From Thermoplasmata archaeon (lineage in GTDB: Archaea > Thermoplasmatota > Thermoplasmata > Lutacidiplasmatales > UBA184): a stretch of 25,843 bases of DNA. The stretch is from positions 1 through 25,843 of the forward strand of contig JASHTC010000216.1 of the NCBI GenBank assembly GCA_030040755.1. The letters are read 5' to 3'. Made by a program: the position numbers and the translations under genes. Under the pieces are notes generated by a model. The model was not told the origin of the DNA, made no database searches, and saw only the letters and a list, made by a program, of their open reading frames with translations. Of the stretch, positions 1-8,561 are shown one piece after another (within the stretch, counting starts at the first letter, position 1; every line of letters starts with the position of its first letter).

Positions 1-38
1 GCGAACGGGTCCTGGGGGCGGGTCCGGCCGTTTTTCAT
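1..38 (-). CDS. Possible 5' end of a gene running off the left edge (MKNGRTRPQDPF...)
   Basis: ATG at 38-36 on the minus strand, open to the edge, with an AT-rich TTCATAT about 25 nt upstream (69-63). Only 12 codons are visible. Confidence 0.2.
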   Translation of the reverse strand, partial: MKNGRTRPQDPF

Positions 39-80
39 CCACTGACGGTAAGCCTGCTGAGGATATGAACTAGAATGGAG

Positions 81-181
81 TGTCGGAGGGGGGATTTGAA
101 CCCCCGACCCCAGGATCTCTCCCGGGACGCCCCAACGTCCCGCTATGAGTCCCGTGCTCTGCCAGGCTGAGCCACTCCGAC
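81..181 (-). tRNA. tRNA-Met(CAT), probably elongator, with a 27-nt intron at 37/38 (117-143); CCA not encoded
   Basis: Reverse complement folds as a cloverleaf: acceptor GTCGGAG/CTCCGAC-A, anticodon arm CGGGA-CT CAT A|A-TCCTG, T loop GGTTCAAATCC. Intron contains a GGGACG/CGTCCC hairpin; spliced length is 74 nt. Ile2(CAT) is not formally excluded. Confidence 0.92.
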
Positions 182-207
182 AGGGATCGGAGGCACCACG
201 GCCGCTC

Positions 208-936
208 CTACGCGTCCGTGCCCGCGTCGCCGCCCGCGGTGGCCGCGACCGGAGCCGGGCCCGACGGACCCTCGGGGGCCGGAGCCTCCGTCGGCGGCGG
301 GCTGGTGGGGATTTCCTCCGCGATCGCCCCGAGGACCTCGGAGCGGCGGATCTCGATCTTCTTGAGCGGGTAGAGGGTCCGGACCCCGTGGGCCAGAACC
401 TTGGACAGCTCGCCCTGGATCATCTCCCGGACGAACTCGGGGGCGGTCCGCTGGGCTGCCTCCTCCCGGAGGATGTCGACCATCTTGTGGCGGAGCTCCG
501 CCCGGAGCCGGGTCTGCAGGCGTTGCTCGCCGACCGCGACCGGCTTCAACACGATCTCGATTCCGTCCTTCGTCGTGACGTGGAGCGAGGTGTCGATCTT
601 CGACCGCTTGCGGCGGGCGAGACGACGGACGTAATCGGAGGTCAGGTCGTGGCCGATGAACCGGGTCTCGGCCACGCCGTCCCCGCCCACGCGCTCCACG
701 CGGAACCGCATCTTGATGTGGGCCTTTCCGGCGTCCTGGCCCCCCGACAGCTCGGGGAGCGTCATCTCGAGCGTCCGCCCGATCAGTTGTTCGGGCTCGG
801 TCGCGACCGTCTCGCCGAGCTCGGCGTGCTGGAAGAGGCCCGGGGCCCGGACCTTGTACCAGTGCTTCGACCGCCACTTGTCCTTGACGGTCCGGGCGAC
901 CGTGGTCTTCTTCCCGGACGTCTCCTTCTCGGCCAT
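208..936 (-). CDS. rps3ae: 30S ribosomal protein S3Ae (eS1), 242 aa
   Basis: KDKWRSKHWYKVRAP, FIGHDLTSDYVRRLARRKRSKID and LYPLKKIEIRRSEV motifs. Start moved to ATG 936 (MAEKETS), 30 nt from a TATA-like box. Pro/Ala-rich C-terminal tail. Confidence 0.95.
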   Translation of the reverse strand: MAEKETSGKKTTVARTVKDKWRSKHWYKVRAPGLFQHAELGETVATEPEQLIGRTLEMTLPELSGGQDAGKAHIKMRFRVERVGGDGVAETRFIGHDLTSDYVRRLARRKRSKIDTSLHVTTKDGIEIVLKPVAVGEQRLQTRLRAELRHKMVDILREEAAQRTAPEFVREMIQGELSKVLAHGVRTLYPLKKIEIRRSEVLGAIAEEIPTSPPPTEAPAPEGPSGPAPVAATAGGDAGTDA

Positions 937-965
937 GGGTCGCGGGGCCGCCGAGCGGGGTACCC

Positions 966-972
966 TACTTAA
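966..972 (-). promoter_or_regulatory. TATA-like box for rps3ae (and probably tRNA-Met)
   Basis: TTAAGTA on the minus strand, an AT island in GC-rich DNA, 30 nt upstream of the ATG. Confidence 0.6.
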
Positions 973-1035
973 CCGTGTCGAGGGCGGCCGGGGTGCAATC
1001 TCTGACGGGCACCGCCTCCACGTCACCCCCTCGGC

Positions 1036-1046
1036 AAAGTACATAA
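1036..1046 (+). promoter_or_regulatory. TATA-like box for the AAA+/vWA operon
   Basis: AAAGTACATAA ending about 22 nt before GTG 1069, consistent with a leaderless transcript. Confidence 0.55.
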
Positions 1047-1068
1047 CCCGAGCCCAACTCCGCGCGCC

Positions 1069-2598
1069 GTGGCGGGGTCGAAGGAACCGGCGAAAGGCAC
1101 GCGGTCGACGGCCGCCGAGCTCCGGTCCCAGCATCGCTCGGCCGAGTCTCCGGGCGAGCGGTTCCGGGCCGAGGTCCTCCGCCGCCTGGACGCCGCCCGG
1201 ACGCGCGGCCTCTCCCGGGACGAGGCGATCCGGTCCCTATTCCCCCACACCGTCCTCCCCGGCCCGACCTACGAGGACGTCGTCGCGGCGATCGTCTCGG
1301 GGGCGCACGTCCTCTTCTTCGGCCCCTCGGGCGCGGGCAAGACGAGCCTCGCGAAGGACCTCTGGGGCCTGTTCCCGAAGGGGGCCTGGGTGGTCGACGG
1401 CTGCCCCGTGCTGGACGACCCGCTCTCGATCGTCGACCCCGCGTCGGCCGACCGGTTCCCCCCCTGTCCGATCTGCACTCGCCGCTTCGCTCCCGGCGGG
1501 GACCCGGCCCGCTTCGAACCGGCTGCCGTGGACGCCACCAAGGTCCCCGCCCAGTACGTCCTCCTCCACGAGGGGTTCGGGTTCGCCCGGCTGCAGGGCA
1601 GCTCGGAGGTCTTCCCCGACCACCTGACCGGGAACATCAACCTGCGCAAGCTCGAGGAGGTCGGGGACCCGATGAGCCCCCTCGTGCTCGAGCCCGGCAA
1701 GCTCCTCCAGGCGAACCGGGGGTTCCTCCTCGTCGACGAGATCGGGAAGCTCCCCCTCGGCACGCAGAACGTGCTCCTCCAGGCCCTCCAGGAGGGGATG
1801 GTGACCCCGTCGAAGTCCCGGGAGAGCTTCCCCGGCTCGTTCGTGGCGGTCGGGACCTCGAACCTCTCGGACCTCGACAACATCAACGACCCGCTGTCCG
1901 ACCGTCTGACCAGCCTCTACGTCGGGTACAACGACCGGCACGCCGACAACCGTCGGATCGTGGCGCTCGCCCGGGTCGAGGAGGGGGCCGGATGGGTCCC
2001 CGAGGTCCTGACGGACGCCGGGGTCCGCGTCATCGAGGCCTGGCGCCTGCGGACGAGCGACGACAACCCGGACATCGGAGAGGTCGGCTCGAACCGCACC
2101 CTGCTCGACGTCGCCACGCGGACCCATGCGATCGCGACCCTCTCCGAGAGGGCGGTCCCCACCTCTGCCGACCTCAAGGCCGGCCTACTGCACGCGATGC
2201 GGGGCCGCCTGCGCGCCCGCAGCGGAGAATCGTTCCGGCAGAACGAGAAGCGGGTGACCGAGTTCATCGAGCAGTACCTCGCGCCCTCGCTCAAGCGGAG
2301 CGCGGGCGTCTACTGGTGCCGGTACTTCCGGGACTCCCTGAAGGAGAGCGCCTCCGAGGCCGAGGCGCTGGTCGGGGAGGGACGGCGGCTGAAGGACGAC
2401 GCCGCCCTCGTCGGCCAGTCCCAAGGCGACTCGACCCTCTTCCCCCGGTTCCGGTCGTTCGCGCGGGCGGTCACCGACCGCGAGCACCCGGGCGAGCCCC
2501 TCTCGCCGTTCGACGCGGCGCTCGGCGTCTTCCGCCTCCTCGAGGAGTACTCCCTCTTCGCGTGCCGCGACGAGGACGACGACGACGCCCCCGTCTAG
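1069..2598 (+). CDS. Mg-chelatase ChlI-like / MoxR-related AAA+ ATPase, 509 aa
   Basis: Walker A GPSGAGKT, Walker B LLVDE, EPGKLLQANRG, sensor-1 GTSN, LSDR arginine finger, and a ChlI-like Cys insert DGCPVLDDP...CPIC. Confidence 0.85.
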   Translation: MAGSKEPAKGTRSTAAELRSQHRSAESPGERFRAEVLRRLDAARTRGLSRDEAIRSLFPHTVLPGPTYEDVVAAIVSGAHVLFFGPSGAGKTSLAKDLWGLFPKGAWVVDGCPVLDDPLSIVDPASADRFPPCPICTRRFAPGGDPARFEPAAVDATKVPAQYVLLHEGFGFARLQGSSEVFPDHLTGNINLRKLEEVGDPMSPLVLEPGKLLQANRGFLLVDEIGKLPLGTQNVLLQALQEGMVTPSKSRESFPGSFVAVGTSNLSDLDNINDPLSDRLTSLYVGYNDRHADNRRIVALARVEEGAGWVPEVLTDAGVRVIEAWRLRTSDDNPDIGEVGSNRTLLDVATRTHAIATLSERAVPTSADLKAGLLHAMRGRLRARSGESFRQNEKRVTEFIEQYLAPSLKRSAGVYWCRYFRDSLKESASEAEALVGEGRRLKDDAALVGQSQGDSTLFPRFRSFARAVTDREHPGEPLSPFDAALGVFRLLEEYSLFACRDEDDDDAPV

Positions 2599-2605
2599 CG
2601 AGGCG

Positions 2606-4399
2606 GTGCGCCTCCCGGATTGCTCCACCTTCGACGACGACGTCGGTTCGGACGACCTGGTCGACGCGCTCGACTCGGCCGCCCTCGTCCGGGCGCTCGC
2701 CGAGGAGGGCGTCGACGGGGCGCGACGGCTCCTCCGGTCGAGGGAGCAGGAGGATGCGGAGCTGCGCGCCCGGCTCGAGCGTCTCCGCGCGCAGTTGCGT
2801 CGCCAGGCCCAACGCCGGCTCGGGCGGATCACCGCCGACTACGACCGCCAGGTCGAGGCGCTCGACGAGGTCCGCCTGCGCTCCGATGCCGAGGTGCGGG
2901 AGCGCCTCGCCGCCCTCGAGGCCCGGCTCGCCGAGAGCCGGCGGGTCGACTGGTCGAAGCTCCCCCCGACCGACCTGCTGGAGGACGTCTCGGCCGCCCT
3001 GCTCCTCCCCGACGCCTCCTGGAACCGACCTCCCCCCCGACCGGGGATCGGGGCCCGCCTCCGGGCCTTCTTCGCCCGGATCGCGGCCTGGTTCCGCTCC
3101 CTGTTCTCCCGGCGACGGGGGGCGGCGAAGACCCCGCCCTCCGAGGGCCGGCCCATCGCCTTCGCCTACGGGAGCCCGGGGGGGCGCGCCCTCGGAGCCT
3201 CGGAGATCGGGGAGGCGTTCGCCCGCCTGTCGCCCGCCCAGCAGCAGGAGCTCTCGGGGAACGTCGCGAACTCCCTCAAGTCGAAGGAGCGGACCCTCGA
3301 GCGGGAGGCCGAGGAGAAACGGAGGGCCGTGGAGGCCCAGCGGCGTCGGCTGGAGGAGGAACGGGCCGAAGCCGCGCGGCGGGCCGTCGCCGAGACCGAG
3401 AACCGGGTGAAGGAGGGGGAGGCGCGTCGGCTCGAACGGGAGCTCAAGGAGCGGGGGTTCGTCGCCGAGCGGGGGGAGAGCCTCGTCGTGACGTTCGGGC
3501 TCGTCCAGCGGTTCGCCCGCATTCTGCTCGAGGAAGAGACGCGCCGGCTCCCGGCCGACGTACGGCTCTCGCTCAAGGGAGAGGGGTCGACCGGGGTCTA
3601 CGAGAAGGCCCGGCTGCGCCGGGCGGAGGAGGTCGCGCACCTGGACGTGCCGGGCTCGCTCCTGGCCGCTCGGCTCGCCGGCCAGCGGCACATCGAGGAG
3701 TCGACCAGCTACGTCTTCCGGGAGGTCACGAGCGAACGGGTCCACGTGGTGCTGGCGTTCGACCGCTCGGGCAGCATGGCCGAGGCCGGCAAGCTCGACG
3801 CCGCGAAGAAGGCCCTGCTCGCGCTCTACGTGGCGATCCGCCGCCGGTACCCGGACGCCACGGTCGACCTGCTGGCGTTCGACAACGAGGTCGAGGTGCT
3901 CGACCTGGTCACGCTCTGGGAGTGCCGGGCGGGCTCGTTCACCAATACCGCGGAGGCGCTCCGGGCCGCGCACCTGCTGCTGCAGGCATCGCGGGCGAAC
4001 CGACGGGAGCTGTACCTCATCACCGACGGGCTGCCCGAGGCCTACACGGGCGAGGACGGCCGGGTGCATTCCGGACAGCTCGACCGGGCGATGGAGCAGG
4101 CGCTCGTGCGGGCGACCGAGCTCGGGACCGTACGGCCGCTGCGGAGCACGATGATCCTGCTCAAGTCCCCGAACCCCCAGTACGAGCCGGCCGCCCGCCT
4201 GATCGTGCGGACGATGGGCGGGGAGCTGGTGGTGACCGACCCCGGACGGCTCGGGGTCGAGCTCCTGGTCCGCTGGGCGCACGGCGTCGAGACCGAGCGG
4301 CGCCTCCTGCCCCCCGCGCCCGCCCCCGGACCGACCGCCCCGGCCGCGCCCGGAGGACGGGGTCGCCGGCGGAGGGCCGACCGTCGGATGGGCGGCTGA
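2606..4399 (+). CDS. vWA-domain protein with long N-terminal coiled-coil region, 597 aa
   Basis: MIDAS motif DRSGS...TNT...ITDG in the C-terminal third; Glu/Arg/Ala-rich helical N-terminal part; GAGG RBS; starts 7 nt after the ATPase stop. Confidence 0.85.
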   Translation: MRLPDCSTFDDDVGSDDLVDALDSAALVRALAEEGVDGARRLLRSREQEDAELRARLERLRAQLRRQAQRRLGRITADYDRQVEALDEVRLRSDAEVRERLAALEARLAESRRVDWSKLPPTDLLEDVSAALLLPDASWNRPPPRPGIGARLRAFFARIAAWFRSLFSRRRGAAKTPPSEGRPIAFAYGSPGGRALGASEIGEAFARLSPAQQQELSGNVANSLKSKERTLEREAEEKRRAVEAQRRRLEEERAEAARRAVAETENRVKEGEARRLERELKERGFVAERGESLVVTFGLVQRFARILLEEETRRLPADVRLSLKGEGSTGVYEKARLRRAEEVAHLDVPGSLLAARLAGQRHIEESTSYVFREVTSERVHVVLAFDRSGSMAEAGKLDAAKKALLALYVAIRRRYPDATVDLLAFDNEVEVLDLVTLWECRAGSFTNTAEALRAAHLLLQASRANRRELYLITDGLPEAYTGEDGRVHSGQLDRAMEQALVRATELGTVRPLRSTMILLKSPNPQYEPAARLIVRTMGGELVVTDPGRLGVELLVRWAHGVETERRLLPPAPAPGPTAPAAPGGRGRRRRADRRMGG

Positions 4400-4424
4400 C
4401 CCCCGTTGCCGCTGGCGCCGAAGG

Positions 4425-4430
4425 TTTATC
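4425..4430 (+). promoter_or_regulatory. TATA-like box for the 4465 ORF
   Basis: AAGGTTTATC AT island, followed by a GGTGG RBS-like element at 4455-4459. Confidence 0.5.
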
Positions 4431-4464
4431 TGACGAACCCCCGGTCGTTCGGCCGGTGGACACC

Positions 4465-4878
4465 ATGCGCGACAGTTCCGACCAGGCTCGCTTCCGCGAG
4501 CACCTGGCCCAGATGCGGCAGGCCGCCCGCGGTCTCGGCGGGGATTTTGTTTCGGAGTTCAGCAACCTCGACTCGAAGATCGAGCGGTTCGGCCACTCCA
4601 CCGGGAGGGGCGCCTACGAGCTCGGCTCGGAGATCCAGGAAGAGCTGTCCAATCTCGGCAAGCAGATCGACGACCAGATGCGGCGCCTGCCCGGGCGGAT
4701 CGCCGACGGGGCCTCGCGCGCGGGCGGAGCGACCCGGGACGCCTTCGTCGCGGTCGGTCACCGCACGAAGGAGGGCACGAAGAACGCCCTCGCCTCGGCC
4801 GCCGGCGTGAACCGCAAGCCGATCAAGAGCTGGAGTCCCCCCGACTCCGAGAGCTCGGACGAGCCGCGGTCCTCGTAG
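4465..4878 (+). CDS. Hypothetical small amphipathic-helical protein, 137 aa
   Basis: C-terminal part of ORF 2620..4878 starting at MRDSSDQ; own TATA and RBS; codon usage like neighbouring genes; no family recognised. Confidence 0.75.
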   Translation: MRDSSDQARFREHLAQMRQAARGLGGDFVSEFSNLDSKIERFGHSTGRGAYELGSEIQEELSNLGKQIDDQMRRLPGRIADGASRAGGATRDAFVAVGHRTKEGTKNALASAAGVNRKPIKSWSPPDSESSDEPRSS

Positions 4879-5788
4879 GCCGGGCCCGACCCGGCGCGAC
4901 GGGGACGGGCCGGGGGTCCCGAGCGACTCCCTCGGACCGGAGCCGCTGCACGGTGGTGGCCAGGTACCCCCGGTCGACCTCGAATCCGGTGAACGGAATC
5001 CCGAGCCCGGCCGCCGCGACCGCGGACGCCCCGATCCCGACGAACGGGTCGACCGCCCGGCGGACCCGGGACACCCCGTGCAGGCGGAAGCACCACTCGG
5101 GCAGCTCCGGTGGGAACGTCGCCGGATGGGGGCGGTCGCGCCGCGCCCGCTGGATGGTCGGGTACGGCAGGAACCAGGTGTTCCCCCGGCACCGCCGGTC
5201 GGAGCCGCCGCTCCGCCACCGCGCGACGTTGGACTTGTCCTGGTAGGGCACGCCGATCGCGAGGCGGTCGAGCGGGACGTCTCCCCGACGGCTGAACTGG
5301 AAGATGTACTCGAGGGCGCCGTGGAGGTACCGTTCGGAGACCAGCGGTTTGTAGTGCCCGAGGGCGAGGTCCCGGTCGAGGCCGGCCGCCCGGCCGGCGG
5401 CCCGTCGGTCGATCGCGATCGACTTCACCCAGTGGATGACGTTCTGCAGGACGAACGTCCGTCCGACCTCCCGGGCCACGTCGTAGGGGAACCACGGGTC
5501 GGACGGGGAGCCGCCGACGTTGAGGAAGAACGAGCCCCGGTCCGACAGGACCCCGGCGACCGCCGCCCCGAGGTCGCGGACCCAGGCGAGGTACTCCGCC
5601 CGGGGCCGGTCGTCCGAATAGCTCCGGTAGGCGACCCGGCGGTTGTAGGGCGGGCTCGTGACGACGACGTCCACCGACCCCCGCGGGAGGCGCCTCGGCA
5701 GGCCGGTCAGGGCGTCCTCGCACCACAGCTCGACCGGGCTCGAGCGCGGACCGGCCCGGAGCCGGGCGAAGGGGCGGGCCGATGCCAT
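4823..5788 (-). CDS. Orphan beta-class N4-cytosine (N6_N4 family) DNA methyltransferase, 321 aa
   Basis: Catalytic motif VVTSPPY near the N-terminus, HPATFP, and SAM-binding DPFVGIG near the C-terminus (beta order). Start at ATG 5788 (MASARP) within ORF 4823..7126. Confidence 0.88.
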   Translation of the reverse strand: MASARPFARLRAGPRSSPVELWCEDALTGLPRRLPRGSVDVVVTSPPYNRRVAYRSYSDDRPRAEYLAWVRDLGAAVAGVLSDRGSFFLNVGGSPSDPWFPYDVAREVGRTFVLQNVIHWVKSIAIDRRAAGRAAGLDRDLALGHYKPLVSERYLHGALEYIFQFSRRGDVPLDRLAIGVPYQDKSNVARWRSGGSDRRCRGNTWFLPYPTIQRARRDRPHPATFPPELPEWCFRLHGVSRVRRAVDPFVGIGASAVAAAGLGIPFTGFEVDRGYLATTVQRLRSEGVARDPRPVPVAPGRARPTRTAARPSSRSRGDSSS

Positions 5789-5791
5789 CGT

Positions 5792-5809
5792 GGGCCCCCA
5801 GCGGGGCCC
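5792..5809. other. Perfect 7-bp hairpin between the pilus operon and the methyltransferase
   Basis: GGGCCCC-CAGC-GGGGCCC, ending 3 nt before the methyltransferase ATG; function unknown. Confidence 0.45.
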
Positions 5810-5820
5810 GGCGGATAGTC

Positions 5821-7578
5821 CTACCGGGCGGGCGCGGGCGGCGGGGCGGCGAGCTTCATCTTCGCCAGGTCCTCCCGCGCCTCCTGGAGCGCCTTCTCCG
5901 GCTCCTTGTAGTAGAAGGCGACGAGCTGGCCGACGTCCCGGTGGGTGAACGGGTGCTGCCGGGTCGCCTGCGCCTCCCGGGCCTGGAGGTAGTCGAGCAT
6001 CTCGACGCGCCGCCGGACCTCGCGCTCCATCTCCTTCATCGACCAGTTCTTCGCGAGCGCGACCCGTTCGTAAACGTAGGAGTGGCCGGAGTAGAGGAAG
6101 GTGTCGTCGGCCGGGTTCCACGAGTAGACCGAGTTGGTGATCAGCTCGTTCGTCTCGGGGTCGAGCCCGACGATCTCGGTGAGCGACTGGACGCGCCGGG
6201 TCATCTTCGAGCCGACCTTGACCTGGCGCTGGAGCAGGACGAGGTTGAGCGCGCTGACGAGCGAGCGGGGGAGCGAGATCGGAGGGTTCTCCATCCGGTG
6301 GACCATCGCGCTGACGCTCTCCGCGTGGAAGGTCGTGTAGCAGGTCTTGCCAGTCGCCATCGCCTGGAAGACGATGAACGCCTCGGCCCCTCGGACCTCT
6401 CCGACCATCAGGTACTGGGGGCGCTGGCGGAGGGCCGCCGCGAGCAGGTCGAACATGTCGATCTCCCCCGGGGCCTTGCCGCTGACGAGGTTCTTGGCGC
6501 CGAAGCCGGCGCGGGTCAGCGAGGGGACCCAGTTCTCGTGCGGGAGGTTCAGCTCGCGGGTGTCCTCGATGGAGACGATCTTCATCTGGGGCGGGATGAA
6601 CAGGAGGGTGGCGTTGAGGGTCGTCGTCTTCCCGCTGGCCGTCCCCCCGCAGACCATCATCGACTGCCCGCTCTCGATGGCGATCCAGAGGTAGGCCATC
6701 ATCTCCGGGCTCATCGTCTTGAACTTCAGCAGGTCGACCGGCGTGAACGGGTTGTCCCGGAACCGACGGATGGTGAACGAGCTCCCGCGCTTGGTCACGT
6801 GGACCCCGAGCGTCGCCTGGAGACGGGAGCCGTCCGGGACCGTGGCGTCCAGGATCGGGCTCGCGACGCTGATGTGCTTGCCCGAGCGCTGGGCGAGCCA
6901 GATGACGTAGTCGTCGACCAGCTTCGCGCTCTCGAACTTCAGGTTGGAGCGGATCGAGCCGAACTTCCGGTGGTAGATGTAGAGCGGGATGCCGACCCCG
7001 TCGCACGAGATGTCCTCGACCTCGCTGTCGGTCATCGGGACGTCGACGATCCCGTAACCGATGAAGTCCCGCTCGAGGTAGTAGAGCATCCGGCCCTTGG
7101 TGGTCGGGCCGGGGGAGAGGTCCCACTCCTGGAGCTTCTTGTCGACCATGAGGCGGAGCTCGGTCCGCTTCGTCTGCGGGTCGAGCTCGGGGAGCGGCTC
7201 GAACTCGTCGATCAGGACCGTGTGCATCCGCTCGGTCAGCTCCTTCTCGAGCGGGGAGAGCGGCGGCTCGATGACCTCGTAGAGGTACTCGTTGCGCGCG
7301 TTGTGGTAGGAGACCCGCACGTAGGAGAAGCCGGGGCGGATCGGGGCCAGGTCGATCTCCTTCTGGGCCGGGTCGGGCAGCGGCGGGACGGGGGTGACCT
7401 CCCCCTCCGCGCCCTGGCCCGAGACGCCGAGCCGGGCGAGCCGCACGCCGTGGGGGTCGGAGGAGCCCTTCCGCAGGGCCGCCCCGACGCGCAGGAACGG
7501 GGAGAACGAGCGGGCCGGGCGGCGTCGGGGCCGCTCGAGCGTGACCGTCTCCGGCGGGGGGGCCGCCTCCCCGGCCAT
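5821..7578 (-). CDS. Type IV pilus / type II-IV secretion ATPase (FlaI/PilB/TadA-like), copy 2, 585 aa
   Basis: EDISCDG, Walker A GGTASGKTT, Asp box IEDTREL, Walker B LMVGEVRG, His box TTFHA. Confidence 0.93.
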   Translation of the reverse strand: MAGEAAPPPETVTLERPRRRPARSFSPFLRVGAALRKGSSDPHGVRLARLGVSGQGAEGEVTPVPPLPDPAQKEIDLAPIRPGFSYVRVSYHNARNEYLYEVIEPPLSPLEKELTERMHTVLIDEFEPLPELDPQTKRTELRLMVDKKLQEWDLSPGPTTKGRMLYYLERDFIGYGIVDVPMTDSEVEDISCDGVGIPLYIYHRKFGSIRSNLKFESAKLVDDYVIWLAQRSGKHISVASPILDATVPDGSRLQATLGVHVTKRGSSFTIRRFRDNPFTPVDLLKFKTMSPEMMAYLWIAIESGQSMMVCGGTASGKTTTLNATLLFIPPQMKIVSIEDTRELNLPHENWVPSLTRAGFGAKNLVSGKAPGEIDMFDLLAAALRQRPQYLMVGEVRGAEAFIVFQAMATGKTCYTTFHAESVSAMVHRMENPPISLPRSLVSALNLVLLQRQVKVGSKMTRRVQSLTEIVGLDPETNELITNSVYSWNPADDTFLYSGHSYVYERVALAKNWSMKEMEREVRRRVEMLDYLQAREAQATRQHPFTHRDVGQLVAFYYKEPEKALQEAREDLAKMKLAAPPPAPAR

Positions 7579-7579
7579 C

Positions 7580-8560
7580 TTAGCCCCCCGGAACGGACAG
7601 GATCGGGACGAAGAAGCGCATCGTGACGTACCCCATGATCAGCATGATCGTCGCGTGCTGGAGCCCGTAGGCGATCTTCCCCTTCTGCAGGATGCCGGCC
7701 ATGATGCCGTCCCCGACCGCGTGGGCGATGACCGCCACGAAGAAGGCGAGGAACAGCTGCGGCACCAGCGTGAAGGCGAGCGAGACGCCCCCGGCGGAGC
7801 CGAGGGAGGAGTGCGCGACGCCCGAGCCGGCGGTGATCATGTCGGGCAGGAAGATCGCCGCCATGATGTAGATCGTGACGAGGAAGACCCCGAACGAGAT
7901 GTAGATGACCGTGAGGTAGGTGAGCATCTGGATCTCCCGTCCCTTCACCTGGAGCTGCGCCTCCCGGGTGTCGTGGGCGACCATCGTCAGCACGTCCGCG
8001 ACGTTCCCGCCGGCCTCGTTGGCCCGGGTGACGATGGAGACGACCCGCTGGACGAGCGGGGTCGGGACCCGTTCCTCGAAGAGGCGCAGCGCGGTGGCGA
8101 CGGGGACCCCCCACTCGAGCTGGCTGGCCATCTTCTTGATCTCGTCCGTCAGGAGGCCGTAGCGGCCCTTGCTCGCCACGACGATGGCATCCGGCAGCGT
8201 CATGCCGAAGCGCCCGGCCTCGGCGACGTCCCGCAGGAAGTCGGGCAGCCGGTCCTCGATCTTCTCGATCCGGCTGAGCTGCTGGCTCTTCAGGAACCCG
8301 TAGGGGGCCATGATGGCGATCAGGCCGAAGACGATCCAGTCGAGCGCCGCGTCGAAGCCGGTCGTGACGCCCGCGCGGAAGACGAACGTGATGTCGCCGG
8401 CCCAGGTGAGGCCAGCGATGATCCACAGGACCACCGCGACCGCGGCGCCGACGACCAGCACGACCTCGGCGCTCCCCAGCCCCTCCTCGGTCTCGGCGGC
8501 CGTCGGCGCGGCGAGCGCCTTGACCTTCCGAACCGATGCGGGCGCGTTCGCTGTCGCCAT
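7580..8560 (-). CDS. TadC/FlaJ-like (T2SS F domain) membrane platform protein, 326 aa
   Basis: IEDRLPDFLRDVAEAGRFGMTL...YGLLTDEIKKMASQLEWG, EAGGNVADVL, multiple hydrophobic segments, operon context. Confidence 0.9.
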   Translation of the reverse strand: MATANAPASVRKVKALAAPTAAETEEGLGSAEVVLVVGAAVAVVLWIIAGLTWAGDITFVFRAGVTTGFDAALDWIVFGLIAIMAPYGFLKSQQLSRIEKIEDRLPDFLRDVAEAGRFGMTLPDAIVVASKGRYGLLTDEIKKMASQLEWGVPVATALRLFEERVPTPLVQRVVSIVTRANEAGGNVADVLTMVAHDTREAQLQVKGREIQMLTYLTVIYISFGVFLVTIYIMAAIFLPDMITAGSGVAHSSLGSAGGVSLAFTLVPQLFLAFFVAVIAHAVGDGIMAGILQKGKIAYGLQHATIMLIMGYVTMRFFVPILSVPGG

Positions 8561-8561
8561 G

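Noticed and set aside
1069-4399. Chlorophyll or cobalamin chelatase pathway
   Set aside because: No ChlH/CobN or other tetrapyrrole genes in the window; ChlI-like/vWA pairs occur widely without that role.
2620-4878. Apparent 752-aa ORF
   Set aside because: Only the last 137 aa (from ATG 4465, with TATA and RBS) look like real coding sequence; the rest overlaps the vWA gene out of frame.
4823-7126. Apparent 767-aa fusion ending in the DNA methyltransferase
   Set aside because: The first 446 aa are an off-frame reading of the pilus ATPase gene; the methyltransferase has its own ATG at 5788.
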